A stretch of 64,000 nt of DNA from an uncultured cyanobacterium. GTDB taxonomy: Bacteria > Cyanobacteriota > Cyanobacteriia > Cyanobacteriales > CAWCAG01. Of this stretch, positions 50,695-60,238 are shown one piece after another. The notes beneath the pieces were generated by a model. The model searched no databases. It worked only from the letters and a program-made list of their open reading frames with translations, and was not told the DNA's origin. Location: assembly GCA_963793425.1 (NCBI GenBank), contig CAWCAG010000007.1:960001-1024000 (forward strand), given 5' to 3'. How positions within the stretch are numbered: the stretch's first letter is position 1; every line of letters starts with the position of its first letter. A program made the position numbers and the translations under genes.

Positions 50695-50763
50695 ACTCAA
50701 TCCCAAATTTCTTATTCTCAAAAAGCTTCAATATTACGCAGAACTAGTTTTGCTATTGAGTCT

Positions 50764-51322
50764 CTACTGTGCAATAAACTCTTGTGTAACAAACTCTATT
50801 TTGTTAACCTGCTCGTAACCAGGAATCTGATGATCATTTATACGGAGTTCTCCGATAACTTTCTGCTTATTCCCTTGATTAATTTTTCTGATTCTTAGAG
50901 TTATCCTTCCACCGTTAGGAATATCTCCTCTTATTCCTTCAGGAGTTTTAAGTTCTAGTGCTACTTCTGGCCCATCATCTCTACGTCTCAATGACTCACC
51001 AGCAATTAAGAAGAACTCTCGAATTGCAAATCCTGAAGCTTGGTTTGCTCGCATATGATCTGGCAATTGTGATGGGACAGAAATAACTACTCTTCTAATC
51101 GGAGGAGCATTCGTAGGTTCAGAAGCCTCCAAGACAGCTTCAAGTTCGCTCATTCCTCTTTTAGCACCTATGGGAGACCTTGTTGAAGGAGCTAGGTCAC
51201 TCGAATTATTTTCAGATTCTGGCATTTGGGTATGACCTGAGTATCGAGTACTAAAAACAGCAGAAATGCAGAGACCTATTGAGAAACCGCAAACAAGAAC
51301 AATCGAACATATGCTTTTTCAT
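50764..51322 (-). CDS. Exported hypothetical protein with frameshift in A5 run right after the start codon
   Basis: The frame of ORF 50764..51225 extends upstream as SICSIVLVCGFSIGLCISAVF (signal-like). It joins ATG 51322 if one A is removed from ATGAAAAAGC. Confidence 0.5.
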
Positions 51323-51374
51323 CTTATGGGCTTAGCACTTCCAGGCTTGTGCATCCACTAAATTATGAAAAATA

Positions 51375-51818
51375 TTATTTTGTGAGTCTGGTTATTAGTT
51401 CAGAATGCTGTGGAAAAGTATGTAATAACTCTTCTCTGTTGACAAGATCAAGTTGTTCCCAAGTAAAAGCTGGCGCACAAATATTACTTCCAAAAGCAAA
51501 AGGAACTCCGTCAGGTATTTCAGCAGCTTGTAAGCATCCTTTCGGGATAGTAATAACGGGAAGTTCGCCTGCTTTTAAGTTAGTTCCAAGCTGAAAAATA
51601 CGATGTTCTCCATTAGATTCTAAAGTATGTAAAATCAATTTCCCTTGGTGAATTGCCCAAATTTCTTCACTATTCAATACTTTATGAAAGGAAGAAATTG
51701 CTCCCGGTAAAAATAGCCAATGACCAGAAGTACGAAACTGATTACGATGAGTTTCGACAAACTTTGGCCCTTCAGGATGGTCATACCAATCGTAGGCTTC
51801 GAGTATAGCTTTTATCAT
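51375..51818 (-). CDS. Cupin domain protein (DUF985/Cupin_5-like)
   Basis: HPEGPKFVET, SSFHKV..SEEIW and ICAPAFTWE. Confidence 0.8.
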   Translation of the reverse strand: MIKAILEAYDWYDHPEGPKFVETHRNQFRTSGHWLFLPGAISSFHKVLNSEEIWAIHQGKLILHTLESNGEHRIFQLGTNLKAGELPVITIPKGCLQAAEIPDGVPFAFGSNICAPAFTWEQLDLVNREELLHTFPQHSELITRLTK

Positions 51819-51932
51819 TGATCATTAAATATTAGACATTCCGTTTCCTGTAGGGGCGACCCGTTTCCTAAATGTTATCAAAAAACCTTGGTTTAAATTG
51901 GATTGCCCTCTTGAGCGATTAGCAATTAGCAA

Positions 51933-53840
51933 TTAGCGATTAGCAACTTTCCACCGATTTTTAGTTTCCAAATAAACCAATAAAGCATTAATATCAGCCG
52001 GGTTAACCCCTCCAATTCTAGAAGCTTGCCCTACAGTTAAGGGTCTAACTTTGGTTAGTTTTTCTCTTGCTTCCATAGACAAAGTTTCTAAATTCATATA
52101 ATCTAAATTATCAGCTAATTTACGATTACTATGGCGGTTCACTTGTTCGATTTGATTCTCCTGCCGCTTAATATAACCGGAATATTTAATATCAATTTCT
52201 GCCCCTTCCTTTTCTGCTTGATTTAATTCAAGGTTTCCTAAACCATAACTAGCTAAATCTTGATGATGAAAACCAGGGCGACGCAATAACTCAGCTAAGG
52301 TAATAGAACCTTTGATTTTTTGTTGAGTATCAGTTGCGATCGCAACACCAACTTGATCTCTTTCTTTCACTCTGGTGCTGTGCAACCGTTCCTTTTCCGC
52401 AATAATATTTGCTTGTTTGCGTTGAAACATTTCCCAACGCTGGTCATCAATCAAGCCAATCTCTTTACCTACCGGCGTTAGACGTTGATCTGCATTATCT
52501 GAACGCAGCAGCAGGCGATACTCGGATCTACTAGTTAACATCCGGTAAGGTTCCCGTAAATCTTTGGTACAGAGATCATCAATCAAAGTACCGATATAGC
52601 TTTGTTCACGGGGGAAGATGAGCATTTCTTGTCCTTTAGCAAACTGTGTTGCATTAATACCTGCAACTATACCTTGGGCGGCAGCCTCTTCATAACCAGT
52701 TGTACCATTAATTTGTCCGGCTGCAAACAAACCCTCAATTTTTTTGGTCATTAAGGTAGGATAACATTGGGTTGCTGGTAGGTAATCGTATTCTACTGCA
52801 TAGGCGGGGCGTAGCATGGCACATTGTTCTAAACCAGGGAGAGTATGCAACATTTCTAGTTGCAACTTTTCTGGTAAACCTGTTGAGAAACCTTGGATGT
52901 AGAGTTCCGGAATTTCTCTACCTTCGGGTTCAATAAAAATTTGGTGACTTTCTTTATCTGCAAAGCGAACAATTTTATCTTCAATGCTGGGACAATAACG
53001 TGGCCCTTTAGAGTCGATGAAACCACCGTAAATTGGGGAAAGATGTAAGTTATCTTTAATCAATTTATGGGTATCGGCAGTGGTACGAGTTAAGTAACAA
53101 GGCATTTGTTCTCTTTCTACCCACACTTGGGGGTCAAAACTAAACCAACGCACCTCTGCATCCCCCGGTTGCAGTTCCATTTTACTATAATCAACAGAAC
53201 GCTTATCAACCCGTGCCGGAGTTCCTGTTTTTAATCTCCCGGTTTCAAAACCCAGACGGTTAAGAGTATCTGTTAAACCCACTGCGGCAAACTCCCCTGC
53301 CCTTCCTGCCGCCATAGATTTACCACCAATCCAAATTTTCCCACCTAAAAAAGTTCCCGTTGTTATAACAACGGCTTTGGTTTGGAAACAAGTACCGAAA
53401 TAAGTCTCAACCCCCACTACCTCATCGTTTTTTCCTAAAATGAGGTCTGTTACCATAGCTTCTCGGATAGTTAAATTAGCTTGGTTTTCAATAATCTCCT
53501 TCATTATTGCTGCATATTCCCGTTTATCGGTTTGGGCCCGCAATGCCCTAACCGCAGGTCCCCGTGAGGAGTTGAGGACGCGCTTTTGTAAATAGGTACG
53601 ATCAGCCATTTTGCCAATTTCTCCCCCCAAGGCATCTACTTCATGGGTTAATTGGGACTTTGCTGGACCACCAACGGCAGGGTTGCAAGGTTGCCAAGCA
53701 ATTTTATCTAAGTTCAAGGTTAGCATCATTGTACGGCAACCAAGACGGGCTGAGGCCAACGCAGCTTCACAACCGGAATGCCCTGCGCCGACGATAATGA
53801 CATCAAAGGAGTCTTGGAATTCTATTGAGGAAGTTGTCAT
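51933..53840 (-). CDS. mnmG: tRNA U34 modification enzyme MnmG/GidA
   Basis: [28 protein letters not shown] and [14 protein letters not shown]. Confidence 0.98.
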   Translation of the reverse strand: MTTSSIEFQDSFDVIIVGAGHSGCEAALASARLGCRTMMLTLNLDKIAWQPCNPAVGGPAKSQLTHEVDALGGEIGKMADRTYLQKRVLNSSRGPAVRALRAQTDKREYAAIMKEIIENQANLTIREAMVTDLILGKNDEVVGVETYFGTCFQTKAVVITTGTFLGGKIWIGGKSMAAGRAGEFAAVGLTDTLNRLGFETGRLKTGTPARVDKRSVDYSKMELQPGDAEVRWFSFDPQVWVEREQMPCYLTRTTADTHKLIKDNLHLSPIYGGFIDSKGPRYCPSIEDKIVRFADKESHQIFIEPEGREIPELYIQGFSTGLPEKLQLEMLHTLPGLEQCAMLRPAYAVEYDYLPATQCYPTLMTKKIEGLFAAGQINGTTGYEEAAAQGIVAGINATQFAKGQEMLIFPREQSYIGTLIDDLCTKDLREPYRMLTSRSEYRLLLRSDNADQRLTPVGKEIGLIDDQRWEMFQRKQANIIAEKERLHSTRVKERDQVGVAIATDTQQKIKGSITLAELLRRPGFHHQDLASYGLGNLELNQAEKEGAEIDIKYSGYIKRQENQIEQVNRHSNRKLADNLDYMNLETLSMEAREKLTKVRPLTVGQASRIGGVNPADINALLVYLETKNRWKVANR

Positions 53841-53945
53841 AGGTTAAGTAAAATAGTATTTATGTGTAAAAATGTGAGTTTAAAAAAGAAACTCCGAGAG
53901 ACTATATTTTATATTTACAGATATTTGAAATCCCTGAAAAACAAA

Positions 53946-53979
53946 TCTTGTCAAGTTCTTGACGTTTTCTATCTATATT
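53946..53979 (+). promoter_or_regulatory. Regulator box plus -10, copy 1
   Basis: TCTTGTCAAGTTCTTGACGTTT; TATATT begins 9 nt after the second TTGACG. Confidence 0.75.
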
Positions 53980-54016
53980 AAAGCCACCAATTATATATTG
54001 AGGGGAGGCAAGCCTA

Positions 54017-54904
54017 TTGAAACGTCGTAAATTATTAATCCTTACTTCTGTGGGCGGACTAGGATTAGCTTTGGCATCTCATAAGTATTTAACAGCTCAA
54101 GATCCTCTCTCTTTAGAAAGCTGCCCCGACATAGCTTCAGAAAAATCTTTACCCCTATTGCGTTTTGCCGCTCTCGGCGACATAGGGACAGGAGATGAGA
54201 AGCAATATAAAGTAGCTAAAATTATGAGTTGTTACTTTAAGCTTAATCCATTTTCTCTGGTTCTCTTGGCAGGAGATAATATTTATAGAAATGGTGAAAT
54301 AAAAAAAATTGCTGCCACCTTTGAAAAACCCTACCATGAGCTTTTACAGCAAAACGTAAACTTTTATGCTGTCCTTGGCAATCACGATATTCGTAGCAAC
54401 AACGGCATCCCTCAAATTCGTTATCCTGGGTTCAATATGCAGGGACGCTACTATAGTTTTACTCGCGGCCCAGTACAGTTTTTTGCCCTTAATAGTAACC
54501 CAGAAGCAGGTTGGTCAAAGCAGTTGGTCTGGTTAGAAGAAAAATTGGCCGAGTCTCAACAACCCTGGAAAGTAGTATTTGGACACCATCAAATGTATTC
54601 TTCGGGTAAATATGGAGTCAATCAAGAATTAATTGAGCGCCTAAAACCTTTGTTTTCTCGCTATAATGTTCAGCTTTATATTAACGGTCACGAACACCAC
54701 TATGAAAGGACTCAGCCCATTAAAGGCACAACCTATTTAACCTGTGGTGCTGGTGCTAAACTACGTCCAGTAGGTGAGTCAGATTGGACAGCCCATGCTG
54801 TTTCTAGATTAAGCTTTGCAGGAGTTGAAGTTTATTCAGATCGTTTAGAAATTTGTGGGATAGGTACTGACGGACAAGTATTTGATCGGGGGATTATATC
54901 CTAG
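54017..54904 (+). CDS. Exported metallophosphoesterase (purple-acid-phosphatase-like)
   Basis: Twin-Arg-like signal; GD, GDNIY, GNHD, GHH and GHEH motifs. Confidence 0.9.
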   Translation: MKRRKLLILTSVGGLGLALASHKYLTAQDPLSLESCPDIASEKSLPLLRFAALGDIGTGDEKQYKVAKIMSCYFKLNPFSLVLLAGDNIYRNGEIKKIAATFEKPYHELLQQNVNFYAVLGNHDIRSNNGIPQIRYPGFNMQGRYYSFTRGPVQFFALNSNPEAGWSKQLVWLEEKLAESQQPWKVVFGHHQMYSSGKYGVNQELIERLKPLFSRYNVQLYINGHEHHYERTQPIKGTTYLTCGAGAKLRPVGESDWTAHAVSRLSFAGVEVYSDRLEICGIGTDGQVFDRGIIS

Positions 54905-54919
54905 TTACAAGAGAATGCC

Positions 54920-55600
54920 ATGAGGATTTTATTAGTAGAAGATGATGATCGCATTGCCAAACCCTTAGCAGAAGCTTTAAAAAACGAACATCACCTAGTC
55001 GAAATAGCTGGGGATGGTATTGAGGGTTGGGAATATGCTCAAGGGGCTGAATATGACCTAATTCTCTTGGATTTGATGCTACCAAAATTAGATGGCATTG
55101 AACTGTGTAAGCGATTGCGAAAGGCTAAATCCCAGGCCTTAATTTTGATGCTCACGGCTAGAGATACTATAGATGATAAGGTAATCGGGCTAGATGCTGG
55201 GGCAGATGACTATTTGGTAAAACCATTCAAAGTCAAAGAATTAGCGGCAAGAATCAGGGCTTTATCCCGTAGAAATCATGAACTCAAACCACCCATTATT
55301 AGTTACCAGGAATTACAACTAAATCCCAGTACGGGGGAAGTAACCTATGAAGGTAATTTGCTTTTGCTAACCCCCAAAGAATATTTAATCTTAGAATACT
55401 TTTTACACCATCCTAAACAAATTTTAACCCGTTCAGCTATTCTTGATAAGCTCTGGGAGTTTGACAAATCTTCGGGAGAAGGGACTATTAAAACCCATAT
55501 TACCAACCTGCGCTCAAAGCTAAAAGCAGTAGGAAGTAAAGGCAATTTGATTGAAACTGTTTATGGTATTGGTTATCGTTTGGGGTCATTAGAAAATTAG
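54920..55600 (+). CDS. OmpR-family response regulator
   Basis: Receiver plus winged helix (IETVYGIGYRL). Confidence 0.93.
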   Translation: MRILLVEDDDRIAKPLAEALKNEHHLVEIAGDGIEGWEYAQGAEYDLILLDLMLPKLDGIELCKRLRKAKSQALILMLTARDTIDDKVIGLDAGADDYLVKPFKVKELAARIRALSRRNHELKPPIISYQELQLNPSTGEVTYEGNLLLLTPKEYLILEYFLHHPKQILTRSAILDKLWEFDKSSGEGTIKTHITNLRSKLKAVGSKGNLIETVYGIGYRLGSLEN

Positions 55601-55612
55601 CGGCTGGCTATT

Positions 55613-56869
55613 GTGTTTGAAAAAATTCGCTATCGTTTATTTCTATCTAACCTACTAGTCTTGGCTTTAGTGTTGACAGGTTTTGCTTTCGTAGTGCGTC
55701 TTGTTTTCATTCGCAACCTCAAACAGCAGCAAACTGAGCAATTAATAGCTTTAGCCCAAGCAGCAGCCGCAAGCACTGAATTTGATAGGGGATATTTAGA
55801 ATCGGAAGCAAAATTTTCTTTACAACAACTAAAAGATCGCCAGCAAGCTTTTCAATGGTTCGATTCCCAAGGCAAGTTAGTTGAACAACAGGGCGATCGC
55901 CTCTACATTCCTACTTTACCCCTTGAAGACGAGCAAACTGTTCAAACTCAAACCGATAAAATTAGGCTTCAGGTAGTAACTTTACCAATCATTGGCAGAG
56001 CTACTAAGCGGTCAATTGGCTATATCCGCGTCAGTCAGTCCCTAGAAGAAATTGATGAAACTATCTCTCGACTAGATGTAGGCTTAGCTGTGGGGGCAAT
56101 AGTTGCTATCGTCCTGAGTAGTTTGGGTAGCAGTTGGCTTAACCATCAAGCAATGCAGCCCATTGAAGAAAGCTTTGAACGCCTCAAACAGTTTACTGCC
56201 GATGCTTCCCACGAACTACGAAGTCCCTTGATGGCAATTAGCACCAATGCAGAAGTGGCTTTAACTTATGCAGAAGGAATGCGAGCTAGCGATGGTGAAA
56301 AATTTCAGGCGATCGCATCAGCAATCGACCAAATGTCTAAGCTTACAGAAGATTTGTTACTTTTGGCACGAACCGACAGAGTTAGCGACTCTGAGTTTAA
56401 AAGAGTCAATCTTACTACTTTGCTAACAGCCTTAGTTAACTTGTACAAACCCCAAGCACAAGCTAAACAAATTGAACTTAAAACTAAAATTGACAATGAT
56501 TTATGGTTAATGGGAGATGAAGCTAAATTAACACGGGCCTTTACTAATTTAATTCAAAATGCTATTCAGTATACTTCTGATGGCGGAGAAGTTGAAGTTA
56601 TTGGCGATCATGTTGCTGGAGAACTTCAGGTGACAGTAGCAGATACGGGGATCGGCATTTCAAGGGAACATCTTGAGCTAGTTTTTGAGCGATTATGGCG
56701 GGCAGACGGATCTCGCTCTTATTATGAGGGAGGGTCAGGTTTGGGTTTGGCAATTACCCAAGGGATTATTCGCAACCATCGGGGAACAATTACTGTTACT
56801 AGCCAGCTAAATGTTGGCAGTCGTTTTGTTGTGTGTTTACCTGCTAGTGCAATCAATCTAAATTCTTGA
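55613..56869 (+). CDS. Membrane sensor histidine kinase
   Basis: Two TM helices; ASHELRSPL, NAIQYT, DTGIG and GSGLGL. Confidence 0.93.
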   Translation: MFEKIRYRLFLSNLLVLALVLTGFAFVVRLVFIRNLKQQQTEQLIALAQAAAASTEFDRGYLESEAKFSLQQLKDRQQAFQWFDSQGKLVEQQGDRLYIPTLPLEDEQTVQTQTDKIRLQVVTLPIIGRATKRSIGYIRVSQSLEEIDETISRLDVGLAVGAIVAIVLSSLGSSWLNHQAMQPIEESFERLKQFTADASHELRSPLMAISTNAEVALTYAEGMRASDGEKFQAIASAIDQMSKLTEDLLLLARTDRVSDSEFKRVNLTTLLTALVNLYKPQAQAKQIELKTKIDNDLWLMGDEAKLTRAFTNLIQNAIQYTSDGGEVEVIGDHVAGELQVTVADTGIGISREHLELVFERLWRADGSRSYYEGGSGLGLAITQGIIRNHRGTITVTSQLNVGSRFVVCLPASAINLNS

Positions 56870-56934
56870 TAGAAATACTGGCACTGTAGCAAATCGCTCA
56901 TAGGCTTATTTACATATTTAAAAAAACTCTAACT

Positions 56935-57636
56935 ATGCAATCTTGGTTACTCAAACTAGCTCATTTTTGGCTCCACAAAGTTAATCCTCAAATAGTTTCT
57001 TTAATTGCCACAATTGGTACAGCAGGACTGTTTATCTGCTTGGCAATTATCTATATTTTGGCCAAACTTTCTGAAGATATATTAGAACAGGAAGCCTTTA
57101 GTTTTGATAAAACTATTTTGCTCTGGATACATCAGTTTGCCAATCCCACCTTAGATACGCTCATGGTTAATATCACACGGTTGGGAAATCCCAACATAGT
57201 CGTATGTATAGCCTTGTTAGTTTTGGCAATACTTTGGTGGCAGCATTACCGTCAAGAAGCTAAAATTTTCTTTCTTAACTGTTTAGGAGGGGTGATTCTT
57301 AGCTACGGATTAAAGTTAGCTTTTAGCAGAACTCGTCCCCAACTCTGGAAGCTATTAATTTCTGAGACTTCTTATAGTTATCCTAGCGGCCATGCCTTGG
57401 GTTCAATAGTAATATATGGTTTTTTGAGCTATTTGCTAGCAACTCATTATCCCAAATATGCCAAAATATTTTACTTTGTCGCTGCAATATTAATTCTGGC
57501 AATAGGTTTAAGCCGACTCTACTTAGGGGTACATTGGCCAACAGATGTAATTGCTGGCTATGGAGTAGGGTTTTTATGGATTACTTTCTGTATTACAATG
57601 CTAAACTTGCAAAAAACCAAGTCACTTTCTACTTAG
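56935..57636 (+). CDS. PAP2 family membrane phosphatase
   Basis: KLAFSRTRP, YPSGH and SRLYLGVHWPTDV. Confidence 0.92.
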   Translation: MQSWLLKLAHFWLHKVNPQIVSLIATIGTAGLFICLAIIYILAKLSEDILEQEAFSFDKTILLWIHQFANPTLDTLMVNITRLGNPNIVVCIALLVLAILWWQHYRQEAKIFFLNCLGGVILSYGLKLAFSRTRPQLWKLLISETSYSYPSGHALGSIVIYGFLSYLLATHYPKYAKIFYFVAAILILAIGLSRLYLGVHWPTDVIAGYGVGFLWITFCITMLNLQKTKSLST

Positions 57637-57662
57637 AAAAAATTCACAGGATTTTTATTTTT

Positions 57663-57957
57663 ATGAGCATTAAACTTGCAAAAATACGTCAATGGCATCG
57701 CCTACTTGCCCCAATTATGGTGTTGCCAATTTTACTTACTTTGATTACGGGAGTTATTTATCAAATTGGAGAATTAGGAGGCTTTGAAGACCAAATTGGT
57801 TGGGCAATTCACTGGCATAAGGGTGACTTTGGCTATATCGATTTGCAAAAAAATTATCCTTTTTTTTAATGGGGCTGGATTGTTATTTTTGGCTGTAACG
57901 GGTATCTCAATATGGTGGAAAACGCGACGTGTTTCTAGAGGTAACTCAAGAAGTTGA
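57663..57957 (+). CDS. Small PepSY-associated TM protein, frameshifted in T8 run
   Basis: IRQWHRLLAPIMVLPILLTLITG...WHKG. Removing one T at 57860-57867 continues NGAGLLFLAVTGISIWWK...* to 57957. Confidence 0.75.
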
Positions 57958-58017
57958 TACCGATATTTTTAGTTGGGCGATCGCTTTTCCCATAAAAGTA
58001 GGTAAAGTTGGTAAAAA

Positions 58018-58051
58018 TCTTGCTAAGTTCTTGACATTTAATTCTTAAATT
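58018..58051 (+). promoter_or_regulatory. Regulator box plus -10, copy 2
   Basis: TCTTGCTAAGTTCTTGACATTT; TAAATT begins 9 nt after TTGACA. Confidence 0.75.
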
Positions 58052-58116
58052 AAGGTGTCTAATATTTGAAGACTTATTGTCAAAAGCAACTTCTTTACTT
58101 AGCAAGGATTTAAACG

Positions 58117-58902
58117 ATGAACAAAAATAATTTACAGGAACATAATTTAGGATTAAACAGGGTTCCAGAAGTTACACTTTACTTCTGGATTATTAAAATT
58201 ATGGCAACCACTGTAGGGGAAACTGGGGCAGATTTTTTGGCCTTTACCTTAAACTTTGGTTTAAGCCTTACATCCTATATTATGAGCGGTTTGTTAGTAA
58301 TCGCTCTTTTTAACCAGTTTAAACTTAAACGTTATATCCCAGTGAGTTACTGGCTTGTGGTTGTTTTAATTAGTATTGTTGGCACGTTAATTACTGATCG
58401 ATTAGTAGATGAGATGGGTGTTAGTTTACCAGCAATTACGATAATTTTTAGTCTTGTTTTGTTGGCCGTTTTTGGCTTTTGGTATTCCAGTGAACGAACA
58501 TTAGCTATGCACTCTATCAAAACAGCTAAAAGAGAACTTTTCTATTGGGGAGCTATTTTACTAACATTTGCCTTGGGTACGGCAGCAGGAGACCTCTTAG
58601 CAGAGGGTTTAAGTTGGGGTTATGGGCTATCAGCACTTTTATTTGGTGCTTCAATTGCCGTAATAGCTATCGGTTATTATCAGTTCCGGATGAATGCAGT
58701 TTTAGCATTCTGGCTTGCCTACATTTTGACTCGTCCCTTGGGAGCATCTATTGGTGATTTACTCTCACAACCTGTTAAACAAGGTGGACTCGGTTTCGGT
58801 ACAGTTGGAACTACCATTGCCTTTACTACTACAATTGCAATCTTAATTATTTACTTAACCGTTAAGCAGAAGAAAGTACTTCAATCAACTAAACTTCCAT
58901 AG
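58117..58902 (+). CDS. COG4705 (DUF347-repeat) membrane protein
   Basis: NRVPEVTLYFWIIKIMATTVGETGAD, FALGTAAGD and LTRPLGASIGD. Confidence 0.88.
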   Translation: MNKNNLQEHNLGLNRVPEVTLYFWIIKIMATTVGETGADFLAFTLNFGLSLTSYIMSGLLVIALFNQFKLKRYIPVSYWLVVVLISIVGTLITDRLVDEMGVSLPAITIIFSLVLLAVFGFWYSSERTLAMHSIKTAKRELFYWGAILLTFALGTAAGDLLAEGLSWGYGLSALLFGASIAVIAIGYYQFRMNAVLAFWLAYILTRPLGASIGDLLSQPVKQGGLGFGTVGTTIAFTTTIAILIIYLTVKQKKVLQSTKLP

Positions 58903-58993
58903 CAGCTAAGTAAAAAACAGCTTCTGACCTTTTTTGTTCTCGATTTCTTAAAAGTCTCTTCAAAATCCTCCTTATTTCATAAATCGCTTCATT

Positions 58994-59027
58994 TCTTGCC
59001 AAGTTCTTGACATTTTTTATCTAAAGT
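58994..59027 (+). promoter_or_regulatory. Regulator box plus -10, copy 3
   Basis: TCTTGCCAAGTTCTTGACATTT; TAAAGT begins 9 nt after TTGACA. Confidence 0.75.
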
Positions 59028-59061
59028 TTAAGTATCAAAACTTATAAAGATTTTAACTGTC

Positions 59062-59406
59062 ATGAAAAGTTCTCTTCTTAAAAAAATCTTGTCTGCTGTA
59101 TCTATTTCAGCCACCCTCTCTTTATTTAGTAGTTTACCTGTTTTAGCTCAGGTAAAAGATATAACTACGCTTAACCACTCCATCACACCCTTTTCTTTAG
59201 TATCTCAGGCTCAAGAAGGACGCTTACAAAAGCAAGGAATTCCTGGTTATGGAGCTTTAGCCACTAAATATATGCTGCATCAGGTAACTGCTGAAAGTTT
59301 AGTTCAAGCAGGAATTGATGCTCATTTGATTCCTCCTCAAACTTTACAAGATAGAGGCTATATAAATGCTGTTAATTCTCAGCTTCAGCAGAGAATAAAT
59401 GATTAA
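59062..59406 (+). CDS. Small exported hypothetical protein
   Basis: Signal peptide ending VLA; ITPFSLVS...QGIPGY...DRGYINAV. Confidence 0.75.
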   Translation: MKSSLLKKILSAVSISATLSLFSSLPVLAQVKDITTLNHSITPFSLVSQAQEGRLQKQGIPGYGALATKYMLHQVTAESLVQAGIDAHLIPPQTLQDRGYINAVNSQLQQRIND

Positions 59407-59449
59407 GAAATTTAATTTATAATCCTTCATTTAGCAAGTAAGAAAAATA

Positions 59450-60187
59450 GTGAATAAACTGCCACAAATCACCGCTTTTTTCTGGATCATGAAAATATGT
59501 GCAACTACTCTAGGAGAAACCGCAGGGGATCTTTTATCAATGACTTTAAATGTGGGCTATGCAGTTAGTTCAATAATCTTGATTGGAGTGTTTTTAACTA
59601 CTCTTGCGACTCAATTAGTTTCAAAAAGCTATAACCCCTTACTTTATTGGACTGTCATTCTTTCAACTAGTACCGCAGGTACAACTATCTCAGATTATAT
59701 GAATCGTACTTTAGGACTTGGTTATGCTAAAGGATCGATAATTTTAATCACTATTCTTTTGGCAATTTTAGCATTCTGGCAATTTAGTATCGGCTCTTTA
59801 TCAGTTACTAATATCAAAACTTTTAAAGTTGAGTTACTTTATTGGAGTGCAATTCTCTTTTCAAATACTTTAGGTACTTCTTTAGGAGATTTTCTAGCTG
59901 ATAGTTCTGGACTTGGATTTGCAGGGGGAGCAATCCTAATTGCCAGTTTACTTACTTTGGTGTTGGCAGCGCATTATTATACTCAAATTTCTGTAGTTAT
60001 CTTGTTTTGGATTGCCTTTGTTTTAACTCGGCCACTTGGTGCAACAGTAGGAGATTTTCTGACCAAAACATCTGACAAAGGTGGGCTTGGTTATGGTACA
60101 ATCGGCTCCTCTATAGTCCTGGCCTCAATACTAGGAGTTTGTATTATTTTTACAACTTTAAGACAGAGAAGAAAAGAAGCCGTTTAA
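59450..60187 (+). CDS. COG4705 (DUF347-repeat) membrane protein, second paralogue
   Basis: NKLPQITAFFWIMKICATTLGETAGD and LTRPLGATVGD. Confidence 0.88.
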   Translation: MNKLPQITAFFWIMKICATTLGETAGDLLSMTLNVGYAVSSIILIGVFLTTLATQLVSKSYNPLLYWTVILSTSTAGTTISDYMNRTLGLGYAKGSIILITILLAILAFWQFSIGSLSVTNIKTFKVELLYWSAILFSNTLGTSLGDFLADSSGLGFAGGAILIASLLTLVLAAHYYTQISVVILFWIAFVLTRPLGATVGDFLTKTSDKGGLGYGTIGSSIVLASILGVCIIFTTLRQRRKEAV

Positions 60188-60238
60188 AAAAAAGTTGTTG
60201 ATGTTTGTTTAGTTTCTTTTTGTAATTCTAGTGTTAAT

